Program-made: the position numbers and the translations under genes
Part shown: piece by piece, positions 50,297-63,378 of the stretch
How the letters are laid out: every line of letters begins with the position of its first letter
Position numbering within the stretch: the stretch's first letter is position 1
Assembly (NCBI RefSeq): GCF_018977255.1
Contig: NW_024704742.1
Span: forward strand, 89,592,001-89,656,000
Direction of reading: 5' to 3'
Origin: Callorhinchus milii
Lineage: Eukaryota
Length of the DNA: 64,000 nt
The notes under the pieces: generated by a model
What the model saw: only the letters and a program-made list of their open reading frames with translations
What the model was told of the DNA's origin: nothing
The model's database searches: none

Positions 50297-52789
50297 TCAG
50301 TGTTAGGTTACAAAAATGTTTTCACACAGAAAGTTATAGAAACCAGCTGACTGATGACGTAATTCTTACAAAAGAAATAATTCTACCGTCATTGGTGAGG
50401 GAACAATTAAGCTGGGGAATATTAACCAGAGTATCTGGAGAAACTCCCTTCACTTTCAAATTGTGTCATATGATCTTTAGCGTCTATCTGAACAAGCAGA
50501 TGGCACCTTGGTTTAAAACCTTATCTGAAGGTCGGCATTTCCGACAAAGCAGTGCTCCCCTAGTTCTGCATTAGAGTGTCAGCCTGGTCAATAAACTCTA
50601 GTCCAGATGGGGGGCTTTTTTTTAGTATTTCCAAGCCTTTCTCCAGTTGCTACATAAATGTTTGAAATACTCTATGACCTGCAAGTATATCCCTGAAACA
50701 GCCTGAAGATTTAGCTCTCTTCTGAATAAAATGAGCCGAATGGCCTCCTACCGTGTGATACATTTCTATGGACCTTCTCCAAGTCTTATTTATATTGGGA
50801 AAACAAGCCTCCCCAACTCTCACATTGACTCCCAACTCCTCAGTCTTACACTCTCTAGTACTTCGCCAAGGTTTTCTAGAATGTTATCACTAACAAATTC
50901 ACAGAGGGCACTAATAGAAAAGCAATGGGTTTGCATTTTACATTTATATTGCTGCTTTGTGATTAACATGTTTTAAAACAAAAACTTTTCATTGTAACAC
51001 ACCTTTATACATTCTTACATAACACAGGGTCAAAGTCACTTTACTTTAAGATTTTACAATTCATTGCTCAAAGCTCAAATACCTGCCGCAGCACTCTGCT
51101 CACTGACCTTTGCTGTGGCATTAGAATGTATGCTTCTAAAACATCCTGTTTGGCCGGCTTCCAAAAAGGTTGGTGAGCTAGAGATTCACTCAATATCAAG
51201 CGTGTCCTTTTGCAAGGGAAATCTTTTCAGTAAGTGCTTTTCTTGTATGTGGAAAAATATGGTTCGTGAAAACAGTTTTCCCTAAAAATAACATTGGGAT
51301 CTGCTTAAACCTGTACTTTACAAGGTTTTCTCTTCACTCTGGTATTTCACAGACCACTCAGGGCATCAGCAATCAGCCCTGCAATACAGTGCAGAATGAG
51401 AGAGTGAGGAGAAAATGCCATATACTGTAACTGCAGACAGGCTGCTTCGGTTAGGTCTGCATCGCGTATCCCTAGCTGTCAACACACGCCTCTTCAGTTC
51501 GCTCCATTAGAATAGTTGGAAAGATATTGGATCATAAAAATATTCCTTGCTAGTTCCACGAGGCCTATAAATGCAGAGATTTCAAACTGAATTTATGGAA
51601 CCAAACACAAAGACGACGCTTCTGTGAAGTGCTTTGAGACGTCTAGAAGACGTGAAAAAGCGTTATATCAAAAGCAAGGATTATAACTTGCATTTATATA
51701 GCACATCTCATGCACATCTCATGCAGGGCCACGCCTTGGAGTGCTTAACAGTGGCAGAGCATGACACCGAGCTAGGGGGTGAGGGAAGGTGACTGTAAGT
51801 ACAGTTGAAGAGGAAGAGGAAGGCATGATCTGAAGATGGGGAAGGAGAGACAAGGCAGAAGGATTGAGGGAGAATGTTCCAGAGTTTCAGGGAGTAGTGG
51901 CTGAAAGTGCAGCCGCTGATGATGGAATGGAAGGCATGAGAGATAAGCAGGAGACTGATAGTGGATTGGAGAGCAGAAAGGATTTGAAAGTGGGAATTAC
52001 TTCTGGTAACTTTATGTTAAAGGGGCACCATTTCAGTTTAATACTGTTTGAAATTGTTTGAAATACAAATACGTTTTTAATATGGATTCACAAAGCTCTG
52101 TTTCCTGCATTGACCACAGCGTGAGCACCGAGTCTAACTATGGTTCGTCTCACTGGCTTCAGTGTGCCCTTTGCTGCACCATTGATACACCTGAAGCGCA
52201 GGAAATATTAAAATCGAAATTGTGTGGAATTGAATGAAATGCAATGACATTAAATTGCAACGCGCTTCTAAGTGAAGCTGTCAATTATTTATATCCTGAG
52301 AGATTAAGGAGATGTGGGCAGGAATAGGATGGCCTTGGGCCAACTTTCCTAGCTTCAGAGGGCACAGATGCAGGATTACTACAACAGCCAAAAAGTGTCC
52401 CTTCAAACCTTAAACAGGAAATTGTGAGGTTTAGGGAGTATCTTTCCCCCCGGAGGGAAAATCCATCCAGGAATCAGAATTTCTGTACGGAAACTCTGTC
52501 TGTTTAAAATAAAAGTCGCAAAATTTTCCACTTAAGGATTGGCAGGATTGGGATTTGGACACATTGCTGAAAAAGCAATTATGCCATTGAAGCGGCGCTG
52601 GAAGCCTATTAAACTGGGAAATTTATGATTTTCCGCTAACTCCGAGGCTTACACAACATTTAATCATGGTCTGAGCGGGCGTAATATGTATGAAATGTAT
52701 GCCAATGTGCCGCAGCTTTGGCAGGGAACACAGAAAGTGTTGCGTCAAGCAATAGACATGTTCTTAACAATATAAGTTACAGTAAAATT

Positions 52790-53110
52790 AAAATAATGCC
52801 TTTCTCGTCGAGAGGATATCTCAAACCACTCAACAGTGCTGGAAGGCGCGGTATCTGAACTGGAGGTGGAAATTGAGGTGGTGGTGGGAGGGGAAAGATG
52901 AGGTCAAGGAGATAGATCTTGAGATGGATCTTGAATGAGGGTAGAGAGGGAGCGGTTCAGAGGCTCTCTGTGGACAGAATGGCGAAAGCCTGCTCGCTGA
53001 TGGCAGGGCAGGAAATATGATGCAGGTTGGTGCTCGCTGAGCAAAGACAGCAGCCAGGTCGGTAGGGTTGAAGGAGATCTCTGAGATAGCGTGGGGCACC
53101 TGAGCTGGTG
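52790..53110 (-). mobile_element. Degenerate L2 3' fragment
   Basis: gcctttctcgtcgagaggatatctcaa at the tail end; purine-rich body homologous to the other antisense L2 3' ends. Confidence 0.6.
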
Positions 53111-56100
53111 GTGGGGGCCGAGTGAATGGGGGAGGAAAAGATGACCAAAAGCACGATCAACAAGATACATTAACAATAGCTGCCATTATATTATTTGAGG
53201 AGAAGGAAAGAGTGGGGGTTACAGGTGGCCCTCCACAGGAAAGGGTCCACAGGCTCATACTGTGAACTTTGCTGATCCTGGCATTATTCATGCTGCATTA
53301 ATGAGGAGAATATTTATGTCAGACTCCCAGGTCACCAGATTGTCATAAACGTCACTTCCTATTTTGCACCATTGGAGCAAAGCAGGACCCAATGTTAACA
53401 GTAACCTGATGATGTGGAAGATGGAGTTTTTGGCTCCAAAAATCCAGTAGGGCAGGGCAAGCGAGCAGGCCGCCATGCACAAGTGGAATAAATGGGGTCG
53501 ATAGTGCATAATTGTGTATCTCAAAATTGTAAGTTACAATTAACCCCACAAATCAGATTTGGGAATATCGCATATTAGGCCTTACTGTTTCCACCCATCA
53601 TATCACATGCCAGCACAGGGTTGCATATGACATAAGGAATGCCGCAAAAATTATGATCATTGATGTTTGGCATCAGTACAAATGTACGTTGGACACTGCA
53701 GTAAGCACTGTGGAGACTGTACAATTGGATCTTTGCATTGTTAGCTCAATAACATTGTTAGACACATGGGAATTACATGATGAGAATAGAGCATTGCAAT
53801 CTAACTGGCTGGTCCTAACGTAAAATAAAACCCACATGCACTGCTCTATTCTCTCTCTCAGATCCCTCAAATAATGTCTGAATGATTCCTACAATTAGCA
53901 TTGCACAATTGTTTTTATATCAATAAACATTGATCAATTCTTAAATAAAAATAACTTAAATTGTTACTAAAAGAAGGCTTTGAATAGTTGTCTCTGTTGT
54001 AGTTTTTTTTAATAATATTGATAATTTTTGCATTTGATGTAGTGCCTTAGCATTTTGTTGAGACGTCTCACAGCGCTTGACAGAATATATTGTAAAGTGG
54101 ATTGACTGTATTTTGTGGGCAAAACCCCGGTCTGGGTCATTTTGTTTATTATATGCACCAATGACCTTGCAAACAGCTCGTGAGGCCACTCAGTGGTTGC
54201 TCCATACTGCCTTTTCCTGGCTAGTTCCTTTTGAACTTAGGTCAGCACTGGGACTGCCCAGCAGAATGTCCGATTTTTCCCAGTTTTCGGCCAAATTAGC
54301 GATCAATTTCCTAATGCTCCAACAATTGACGTGAGACAAAATGCCCTGCTCTTATGTACTGACTGAATACTTTTTAGGAAGAATAAAAACAATGCATTAG
54401 CCATAAATTTTCCTGATCTCTATGACAAATTATCTCTCAGGAAACTTGGGAGTAATTATGCTGCAGTCATTAATTCTTCAATGTGAATGCCGCCATGCAT
54501 CAATAACAAACAAACCTACACTACAGTCAATAACCATCCACACAGACAATAGCTGTTTTGGGCTGGGTGCTGGGGAGAGGGAAGAGACACTGAGATAATG
54601 AATGCCGTTATGAAATACCGCAAATTAAACCTGCAATACCCTTTGAACCAAACAAAGGAGTGCATTTTATCTTTAAGCATTCCAGGGTCTTTTTTTGGCC
54701 TGCAGAAGTATTCCCGCACATCCAGAATCTGTTTATATTCTGTCATGTTAGATTATTTCCCTTGAGTGAAAGGGAAGTCTGATTTGTCAGCAAAACAAAT
54801 TACTGCCTTGATGATCTCTCTGGAAACAAAAGTGCCTTTTTTCAGGAGAGAAGAATAATTTGTGTTGCAAACACTGGGGAGATCATTGCAACTTTTATGC
54901 TGATTCATGAGCTGAGGTCACACCCTGCTACTAGAAATGGACGACAGGGTTTCAAACCGGTGAATTTAGAGGAAATATTAGCATAAACATCTACAATAGT
55001 GCAATCGTTTGTTGGCTGACTCCAGCATCGTACCCTCTGTTGATAGGATGCAGCCTCAAATGAGTCCCTTACCTACATTAGAGCCCAGATGCAGCAGATG
55101 AGTCCTCTCTCTCTCGAAATCTGTCTAGAGAATAAGGGGGCGCCAGTAAATAGATCAGCCGTGGTTGTGTCAGCATATAATGGAACATCACATTGCCAAA
55201 GCTAGCAAATGTAATTGACTGGAAGCGAGTAATACATCTTTCCTCAAATAGGTCTATAAATGTATTGACAAGTGAGGAACCATGCTTTAAATACCAGATG
55301 GGAGTGTAAGAACTTCAACGGGTTTGGATGGCCAGAGAGTAACCTTCAAGCACTTTACAGATGAGACTTATTTTTATACTTTTGTGCATACACTCAGTTG
55401 CCTGCATGAATTTTTTTATGTGAAGAGTTTGTTTTTTTATTAACTGTCCAGATAATAAGAGACACAGATGACGCAGATAATGGCAAGCACTATATAAAGC
55501 ACTGGTTCATCTCATGCAGACTCATGTAATGATTTTCAATAGGAGTAAAATAATACCGAAGTGAAAGAAAACTTGCAACAGTTCACCTCAGAGACAAAAT
55601 ACATTGCGGCCCATTATAATGTGCTTCCTTCCAAGTGAGGATTCACAAACAATGAGGTTGGACAATGAATCTTGTTCATCGCACATGTGTGTGTAGCTTG
55701 TTAAGCACTCCGAGATACTGCCACTCGGGAAGGGCGCTATATAAACGCAAGTTGTTGTTGCATAGGCAGCCCACCCGCTTCCCATGTGTCGGCTTAAATG
55801 GGTGTTTTCCAGGTCATTAGGTTGCCTTTGAAGTGAAATCACAGCACAGCAAACAGGAAATGAAGTTGTGGTAACCGCTGATCCAGAAGTCAGCCTTTTT
55901 TGTAATGGCAAAATATGGGAAGCAGCCACGTAGTCAAACCCTTTATAATGTAGCTAGGATTGTATAATGTCACTGCACTGCATTTCCACATTGTTTTGAT
56001 GGAGTAACTTACTTCCATGCAAAAAATGAAACAATCCTTGCATTTGACACAGTTCTTATTTATCTGTTCTGGATATTTATTTTGCTGTGAACAAACAACA

Positions 56101-56929
56101 ACATTCTGCTGTATAGAAAATACCAACAAAGAAGTGGAAAACTGCACAGCCTTAGGTTCCAACTCAATGCTAATAATAATCTTTGCATTTGATATAGCCC
56201 CTTATCACGTCATTGAGATGTCTCAAAGCTCTTCACAGAATATATCGTAAAGTGGCTTGATTGCGTATTTTGTGGGGAAAACTAAAGCCTGTGTTGTAGA
56301 CGGCTTCCTGCTGTTGTTGCCGTTGTTGAGCCCTGAGAGGGTTAACAGCATTGACTTTGAACGGACTTGATGGTGCAGCAGATGAGTGCTTAACGTTCAC
56401 CATTTCTCAGTCGCAGATCTGAGCCCCTAATACTGCAACCTACCTGTGAACAGGCAGCTTGCCAGCTCTCAACTGAGCCTATTGGTGAAAAGCACTCTCT
56501 TCCATCTCCTCCCAACAGTCCAGGCTGTCTCATTTCGCTATCGTGATTCATGACCACTGATCCGTGAGGCAAAAAACAAAACAAATAAAAGAAGATGAAC
56601 AAATCTGCCCCTTATTCACCTGCCTTCCCCCCTCACCTGTAGACCCTCTGTCAGATCACTGTTAAACACGCTCAGCGTCAGGGTTGAAAAATAATAACTT
56701 AGATGGTGATGGAGGAGAAATCAGTTCTGAAGACCCCTTTGTTTTGATGTGGGAGAGATACAGTATAATAAAAACTGTAAACATAAGATTTTATTTTATT
56801 TTCCCCCAGCACAGGGTTTCCCCCTCTCCCCCATTATTAATAATAATAATTAAACAAGGTAATGTTGGAGCTCATTCCACTGTCTGATCTAGGCTGTATT
56901 ATTTTTCCTTAACTGAATGCTTTTGCAAG

Positions 56930-57900
56930 GTGAGCGTGTGAGTGTACTAGACAGACATATGTAGAGCGCGGCTGGATGTGCCAATTACCGTCTTCATCGC
57001 AGGCGGCCGCAGCTGGCAGTGGGCTCACAACAAACAGCACCCTGCAGTTGTTTCCAAGTACGACCAGACCCATGGCTATAATTTTTCATGGTAATAGGCA
57101 GGACTAATGGGCATTTTTTTCCTGCCTGACTGAAGGAGACATTGAGCTCCTTTAGTTCTCGCTGACCTGTGCTACCAGCTCTATTTCAGTCAATTACCCT
57201 ACCGGAGGCAAAAGAAGTGGAGCACAGCAGCAGCAGCAGCAGCAGCAAGCCTGCACGACACGTCCACTCGCTACTCGCCTACAATCCTCTATAAATAATA
57301 ATAATAATAATAAAAAAACATGCCAACAGCTCGACGGCAAAAAAATTAAAACCTCAGCCGCTAGCGAGCACACCGCGAGCTCAAGCGATCTGCTGCTTCC
57401 TCATTTTCTATCGTCTCGTTCCCCAGTTTAAAGAAGGCAGCCGGCCGGGTAGACTTGGCACTCATTGTTTCCCCCTCTCTCCTCCCCTCTTTTCTTAGCC
57501 TTTCCTCTCCCCCCCACTCCCCTCCTCTCCTCTTCTCTTCACTTCCCCCTCTCCTCTCCTCTTCTCTTCTCTCCTGCGCACGTTTCAGTATTTACACCTC
57601 GCAATTTCTCAAAAGAGCCAGTTATCATTTTTAGCCTTTTACAAATCCCCAATGCCTTCCCTTTTCATCTCGACTGTCCTTGCACTCATCTGTCACTCTG
57701 CTTAACTCACAAGCTCTCTGAGGGAGAGTGGGAGAGACAGAAAGAGAGAGAGACAGAGAGAGAGAAAGAGAGAGGCAGGTAGCTGGGGGAAAGGCCAGAG
57801 CACCAGTGTGCAAAGGAAAATTATCACGCCAGGAGGAATATTCTGGGATCTCAAGGGACCCAGATGCAAAACTCAATCATGTGAATCAGGAGCTTCTGAC
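56930..57900. promoter_or_regulatory. CpG-enriched promoter/5'UTR-like unique block
   Basis: Many retained CpGs (gcggccgc, ccgcgagc, ccggccgg, tcgacgg) against a CpG-poor background; (CAG)7, CT-rich and GA-rich tracts; no interspersed repeats. Confidence 0.5.
57225..57245 (+). repeat. (CAG)7 microsatellite
   Basis: Seven direct CAG units read from the sequence. Confidence 0.95.
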
Positions 57901-58540
57901 AAATAAATAATTAAGAGGAAAATAATTAACCTAATCCTTATCAGCAGAAATACCCACAGCCACCCCGATTGAAACATTTTTATTTGGGGAAAACAACAGA
58001 ATTACGAATTCACAGGTTTCACATCAAGAATGATTATTGATTATTTTAATGGGATTTTAAAATAGTTACTGTACGTTAAAGGTGTTCTACTTCTAAGTGT
58101 TGTTGAATTCTCAGCTATTTACTGAAAACTTAAACAGCTGACATTTCAGTTCTAATAATAATAATTCTTGCATTTGATATAGCTCCTTATCACGTCGCTG
58201 AGAAGTCTCAAAGCACTTCACAGTAAGGTGAATCGACTGTATATTTTATAGACAGTTCAGATCCTTTGACAAATGGTATTTATTTTGCTATCACCAGATA
58301 AGAAATTTGGTTGGATTTGATCTGCTCCCATGACTTTGCTTGGCTTAGCTCAAACAGGGAGAGGAGAGGGACGCATGTATCCATGTTAGGCGGCAATTGC
58401 TTGGTGGAACCTATAACGATCATATTTATTACAGTGTTGACATTTCCACAAATTAACTTTTTTTCCCCGCCAGTGCAATTGTTTGAAGATATACCACAGT
58501 GAATTTGTAATCCTGTTTTAATGAGGCATACACAGCAAGC

Positions 58541-58623
58541 GCACACACCAACACACGTTCACACACACACACAAACACACACGTGCACACACATATAAAC
58601 GCACACGCACATACACACACACA
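58541..58623 (+). repeat. Imperfect (CA)n microsatellite
   Basis: Interrupted acacac runs. Confidence 0.9.
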
Positions 58624-59364
58624 GCCTGTGCTCCCCCCGTGGTCCTGCCACACTGGCAAGGAATCAATCACCGAGGTTTCTGTTGCTGTGGAAACCGATC
58701 ACTGCAGCGCTACCGTCTAAGTGGAAAATGATTGCAGGTGTAACTCATCGCACGGCAAGCCAATGAGTTTTATCAGCCCGTCCCTCTGTCCGTCTTGCGA
58801 CTCTGCCAGCGAGTTAATTAAAAGCAGCGAACATGAAATAAATCTAAACCTGCAAAGAAATGAAATGTACAGTACAAATTGAATTCCTGCGCTGAGCAGA
58901 AATTAATATGCAGCCCAGAGCTCACCGCTATCTCAGCAGAGAGAAATGCAAAGCGCCACTGGTATATCTATGCATTTCCCTGCTATATATAATCCACTAA
59001 GCGGCTGTTCAGCCACTACACCCCCAACCTCTGGAACCCCGTGCCTCTATCCCTCCACCTCGCCCCCTCTTTAAACCTCAATTGAAAACTTTTGGCAGTT
59101 TCAACCTCAATTGAAACCTATGACAACCCCTCCCTCCCCTTCTTCCCTACTTGGCATCAACCCTGCCACTGTTACAGCAGTTCCGAGATGTTATCCTATG
59201 TGAAGGGCGCTATAAAAATGCTCTTCAAATCCGTCTGTTTTATATATATGTATATACAGTATATACATTGTATACACATTGTATAAACATTGTCCGTTTA
59301 CTGATCTCGGAGGTTTGGGAGATGCTGTTAAAAACAGTCCAGAGTTAAATGATTCATAGAAGGG

Positions 59365-59490
59365 TCGCATAAATACTGCTGGAGTTGAACCAGCTAAAAC
59401 AACATAGTTTGCCATTGAGAGCACTATCTTGCAAGCTTTCTCGTTGCTTGACCACCCTATCCATTCAGGTTTCGGCTTGCAGAGTTAACA
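59365..59490 (-). mobile_element. Repeat family C copy (antisense)
   Basis: Reverse complement tgttaactctgcaagccgaaacc...tagggtggtc...aaagcttgc...tctcaatggcaaactatgttgttttagctgg aligns to 33690-33800. Confidence 0.6.
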
Positions 59491-60646
59491 GGAGGTGAGT
59501 GGGAAGAGTGCCTGCTTGCAGTCACCTGTCACGGACCTGCAAATAATGGTTAATGATGCTGCGAGTGACGTTACCACAGTTAATGGACCATTAAACACCC
59601 AGCAAGTAGGCCATTGACTTTAATGTAGAGATCTGGGATTTGCTGGGGTTTTAAACGACAGATAAATAATTGATAGGCAGATATTTCTGAAAGGTGTCTA
59701 ATGGAAGTAATCTTAGCCCAGCACACATCTTTACCATCAATGAGCACTGAGGCTGACTTGTGGGAATTTGTGCTATATCTTTTTTTCTTTTGGTGAGTGA
59801 GCTGATCATTAAGGCTCGAACCAACGGTCAGTTTATGAACGAAGAAGAAAAACTCTCAGCCTCAGGTTCCCATAAATTATTCTACCTTTTCTCCTGAACG
59901 TGCAGGTTTCATCACATCACTGGTAGCTAGCTTGCTCTTGTGGGCACAATTAATCGCAATGTCCCAAATGCACAGATTCAAATGCACTTCAACCACAACA
60001 AGAATAAAAAAAAACTCGTATTTCAACACCGCAAGTGAAGAGGACCATAGGGTGAAAAATGTGATTATTTGATGTAACTATTGGTTCCAGCCTGGCTCAG
60101 CCAGTAACATTCTCACCTCTGAGTCAGAGTGGTTTGGGTTTAAGGTCCACATTGGGACATTGTTGTTGTTGTTAAGTTCACATTCTAGGCTGATGTGGAA
60201 GCAGGAATGCTGCATTTTCGCTGGTCGTGTCCTTCAGATGAGAAACTAAGTTTTTAGTCTTCAACTTTCATTAACATTGTGTTCACTCAGCGTACATGTG
60301 TCCTATAGTGACAGTCTAGAAGGGGAGAAAGGAGAGGGGAGGCTTTCATGTGTGAGAAGAGGGCTGCAGAGAGCAAGAAGGTTCAATAATTCATCCCTTC
60401 ATTTGCGTTGAATGGACAGCACATGTTTAAAATCGTACGTCTTTGGTGTGATTTCCCCAAATACACCGATTTAGCTTGCTTACAGCCTAAAAATAAATCT
60501 GGATAACATTTTGTAAAATTACTGGAGCATTTTCTTCAACATACAAAGCTCCCACTTCCTGCTTTGTGCAATTCAGTGATTTCAAAACTGCCAATTGTAA
60601 AAGGAAATAAGTATTACTTTACCTTTGACATATTGGTTTCCTCAAA

Positions 60647-61337
60647 TGTCAGTCTGGTTCAGTTTGTAGTATTCTAGCCTCATGTCGGGATTTTGAGCTC
60701 AGGCTGACACGTCAATGCAGTGCTGAGGGAGCCCTGCATTAGTGCCATCCTTCAGATGAGACATGAAGTCAAGGTCCTGTTTGTTTCTTCAGGTTGACAT
60801 TAAAGATCCCGTGACACTGTTCAAAAAGAGAAGGGAGTTTCTCCTTGTCTGCTTTTAAGCGCACTGAGATGCTACCCTGCGTGGAGGGAGCTATATAAGT
60901 ACAAGTTGTTGTCGTTGTTGTCCTGGCCAACAATCCCCTAAATAAAATTGGTTCTTCCCTTCATGACTGTTTGTTGAACATTGCTGGGAGCAACTGCAGC
61001 TGTGTTTATTATAATACTACTAATAATAATCCTTGCATTTGATATAGCACCTTATCATGTCTTCAAGACGTTTCAAAGTGCTTCACAGATTATACTGTAA
61101 AGTTGTTGGTTTCCTCAAATGTATATTTTGTGGGCGAAACACAGCAGCCAATTGTGCACAGCGTGTCCATAAACAGTTGTGGATTGAAGTGACCAATTTA
61201 TTATTATTATTTTGTTTGCCTACAAAATGTAGTCACTCCACTTTATAGTAAAAATTCCTTTGAAGTGCTTTGAAATGTTGTGATGATGTTGAGATAAGAT
61301 GCTATATCTAATGCATGACATATTATTATTATTATTA
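60647..61337 (+). mobile_element. DeuSINE-like family B carrying two nested inserts (L2 tail ~60850-60919; antisense family A SINE ~61008-61210)
   Basis: Host sequence is colinear with family B after removing both inserts; tgtc is duplicated around the L2 tail. Confidence 0.75.
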
Positions 61338-62696
61338 CTTCCGATCTTTAATTTATTCACTTATGAAATACAAAATTGGGATCGAATATAATCTGTCAAT
61401 GTGCAATAAGGCGTGTCGCACTTCAGTTATTGCAACCTGGATATTTCTCTGCTCTGGTATAATCCTGCCTTCAACACCAGTGAATTGAGAGCCCCTTTTG
61501 ACAATACACACTGCACAAGTCAGGTTTACTTCATGAAATACTTCATGAAATTTTGCGGCATCTTTAGAAATTTCAAGGCAGCCATAGCAGAGCAGAGTGC
61601 AGTTCTACCCATTTATCTCAAACCCTTTTATGTCGCCATTCCGCTTATATTGATAAAAAAGTGAAATCCCAGTCCCTTCTCTGCACATTAATACTAAAAG
61701 CTTACTATCTATGTTGACGTTGACGTAAACTCCAGCACACAGTCCCTAACAGTATTAAAGGCTTTATTTTATTACAACTTATGTCGACAGTGTAATCTTA
61801 GATGACTATTGTAAACAAAATACATTGTAAATAAATAGTTCAGGAATTTTAATTGGACGTAGGACTATATTTTAAATAAATCAATGAAAATCCATGTAAA
61901 TACGTGGTACATCAATTTTAATCATACCATATCTATTGTCTGCGTATGTCGACAAAACTTGAATGATCCCTGACATGTTGATATAAGTAGGTAGGACTGT
62001 ACAATGCTCTTATTGTAAACAAAATCTTTAACAGTGTTTCCAACACTGGGGTTAATTGGTGATGGTGATAAGAAACATAGTCAGATTGCAGACTTTTGCG
62101 AAATGCCAAATTTCAAATGCTTGTTTTACCTGGAACTAATGTGCTTTGACATATAGTCTCCAGAGGCTGTGACCCATCAAAGTTAAAAGATAAATTATTA
62201 TTAGCAGCTACTGTATTGATGCAGTTTTATCTCCCATTATTAATAAAGAATATTCATCCATGCATTTGATATAGCGCTTTAATCTGTTTATTTTTAAATC
62301 TGCTTATTTTTACATTCTTATTTTTTCTACCTGGGCACTACCTTCGCTCAATGACCACTGGCCTACATCATGTCCCTCTGCCCCGTCCACCCCATCATCG
62401 GCGGGTAGGCATTTAGACATTCTATCCCAGCTCTATACAACTCCATCCTGGAATCCCTCCACATTACACCGTTCCTCACCTCTTTCAAGGCGCATCTTAA
62501 AATGGATCTCTTTGCCTGTGCATTTAATCATCTTTCCACTGCCCACCCCCCCACCACCCCAAAACACACAGTCACACAGTTTACAATAAATCCTATGAAG
62601 CATTTTGAGACATCCCTCTGACATGAATGGTGCCATACCAAATGCAAGAATATTTTTTATCATAAAAAAAGTATCATTCTGCGCTTTCACAAAATA

Positions 62697-63060
62697 GATA
62701 ATAATAATCCTTACATTCGATATAGCACTTTTCACGTCTTCTAGACATTTCAAAGCACTTCACAGAATGTACGGTAAAGTGAATTGACTGTATGTTTGTA
62801 GGCGAAATGCAACAGCCAATTGGGCACAGAAGTGACCCATAAATAGTCGTAGATTGAATATCCAGAATTTTTTTTCTAGGATTATTATCCCTGGAATAAT
62901 GATCCATAAATCGACTAACAACTGGGTTCCTACTTACTGCTAGGTAAACAGAGGTGTATAGAGTAATGAAACTTGTCCAACATTTTGCCCTGCCGGGAAT
63001 AGAACCCAGGTCTCTTGCCTGCGAGGTGAGTGCTCTAACCACTGAGCTACAGAACTCCAC
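62697..63060 (-). mobile_element. tRNA-derived SINE family A (long form), full length
   Basis: Minus strand gtggagttctgtagctcagtggttagagcactcacctcgcaggcaagagacctgggttctattcccggcagggc, central segment and tail. Confidence 0.9.
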
Positions 63061-63209
63061 GAATGATAGAGAGTCCTTAATTAATGATAAGATTTCCTGG
63101 TAACATAGTTGAAGAATGTAGCATTGTAAGGAAGGAGAATTAATATTCAGTTAAAATGGAATGATCCCCTGAAACATCCAGAATACGTGATTGTGTCTTT
63201 ATTGCTGTT

Positions 63210-63378
63210 TGGCTCTTGCCAACTTACTCCCATTATGCTCTAGAATTGGGTCCCTCTCTCCAGGGAGAAAGACACAGAGAAATTTCAATGTGTAGGTGGC
63301 CTACATACATCAAACTCTTAGTCTGGTTTGGATACTCTTAAGCATGGTGATGGGTTTCTGCATGTGTCAGACTGACCG
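63210..63378 (+). mobile_element. Repeat family C copy (degenerate)
   Basis: ggctcttgccaac...gtgtaggtgg...ttggatactcttaagcatggtgatgggtttctg..tgtgtcagac matches 33838-34030. Confidence 0.6.

Noticed and set aside
57225..57245. Polyglutamine-coding exon
   Set aside because: No long ORF or clear splice boundaries around the (CAG)7; more consistent with UTR or non-coding sequence.
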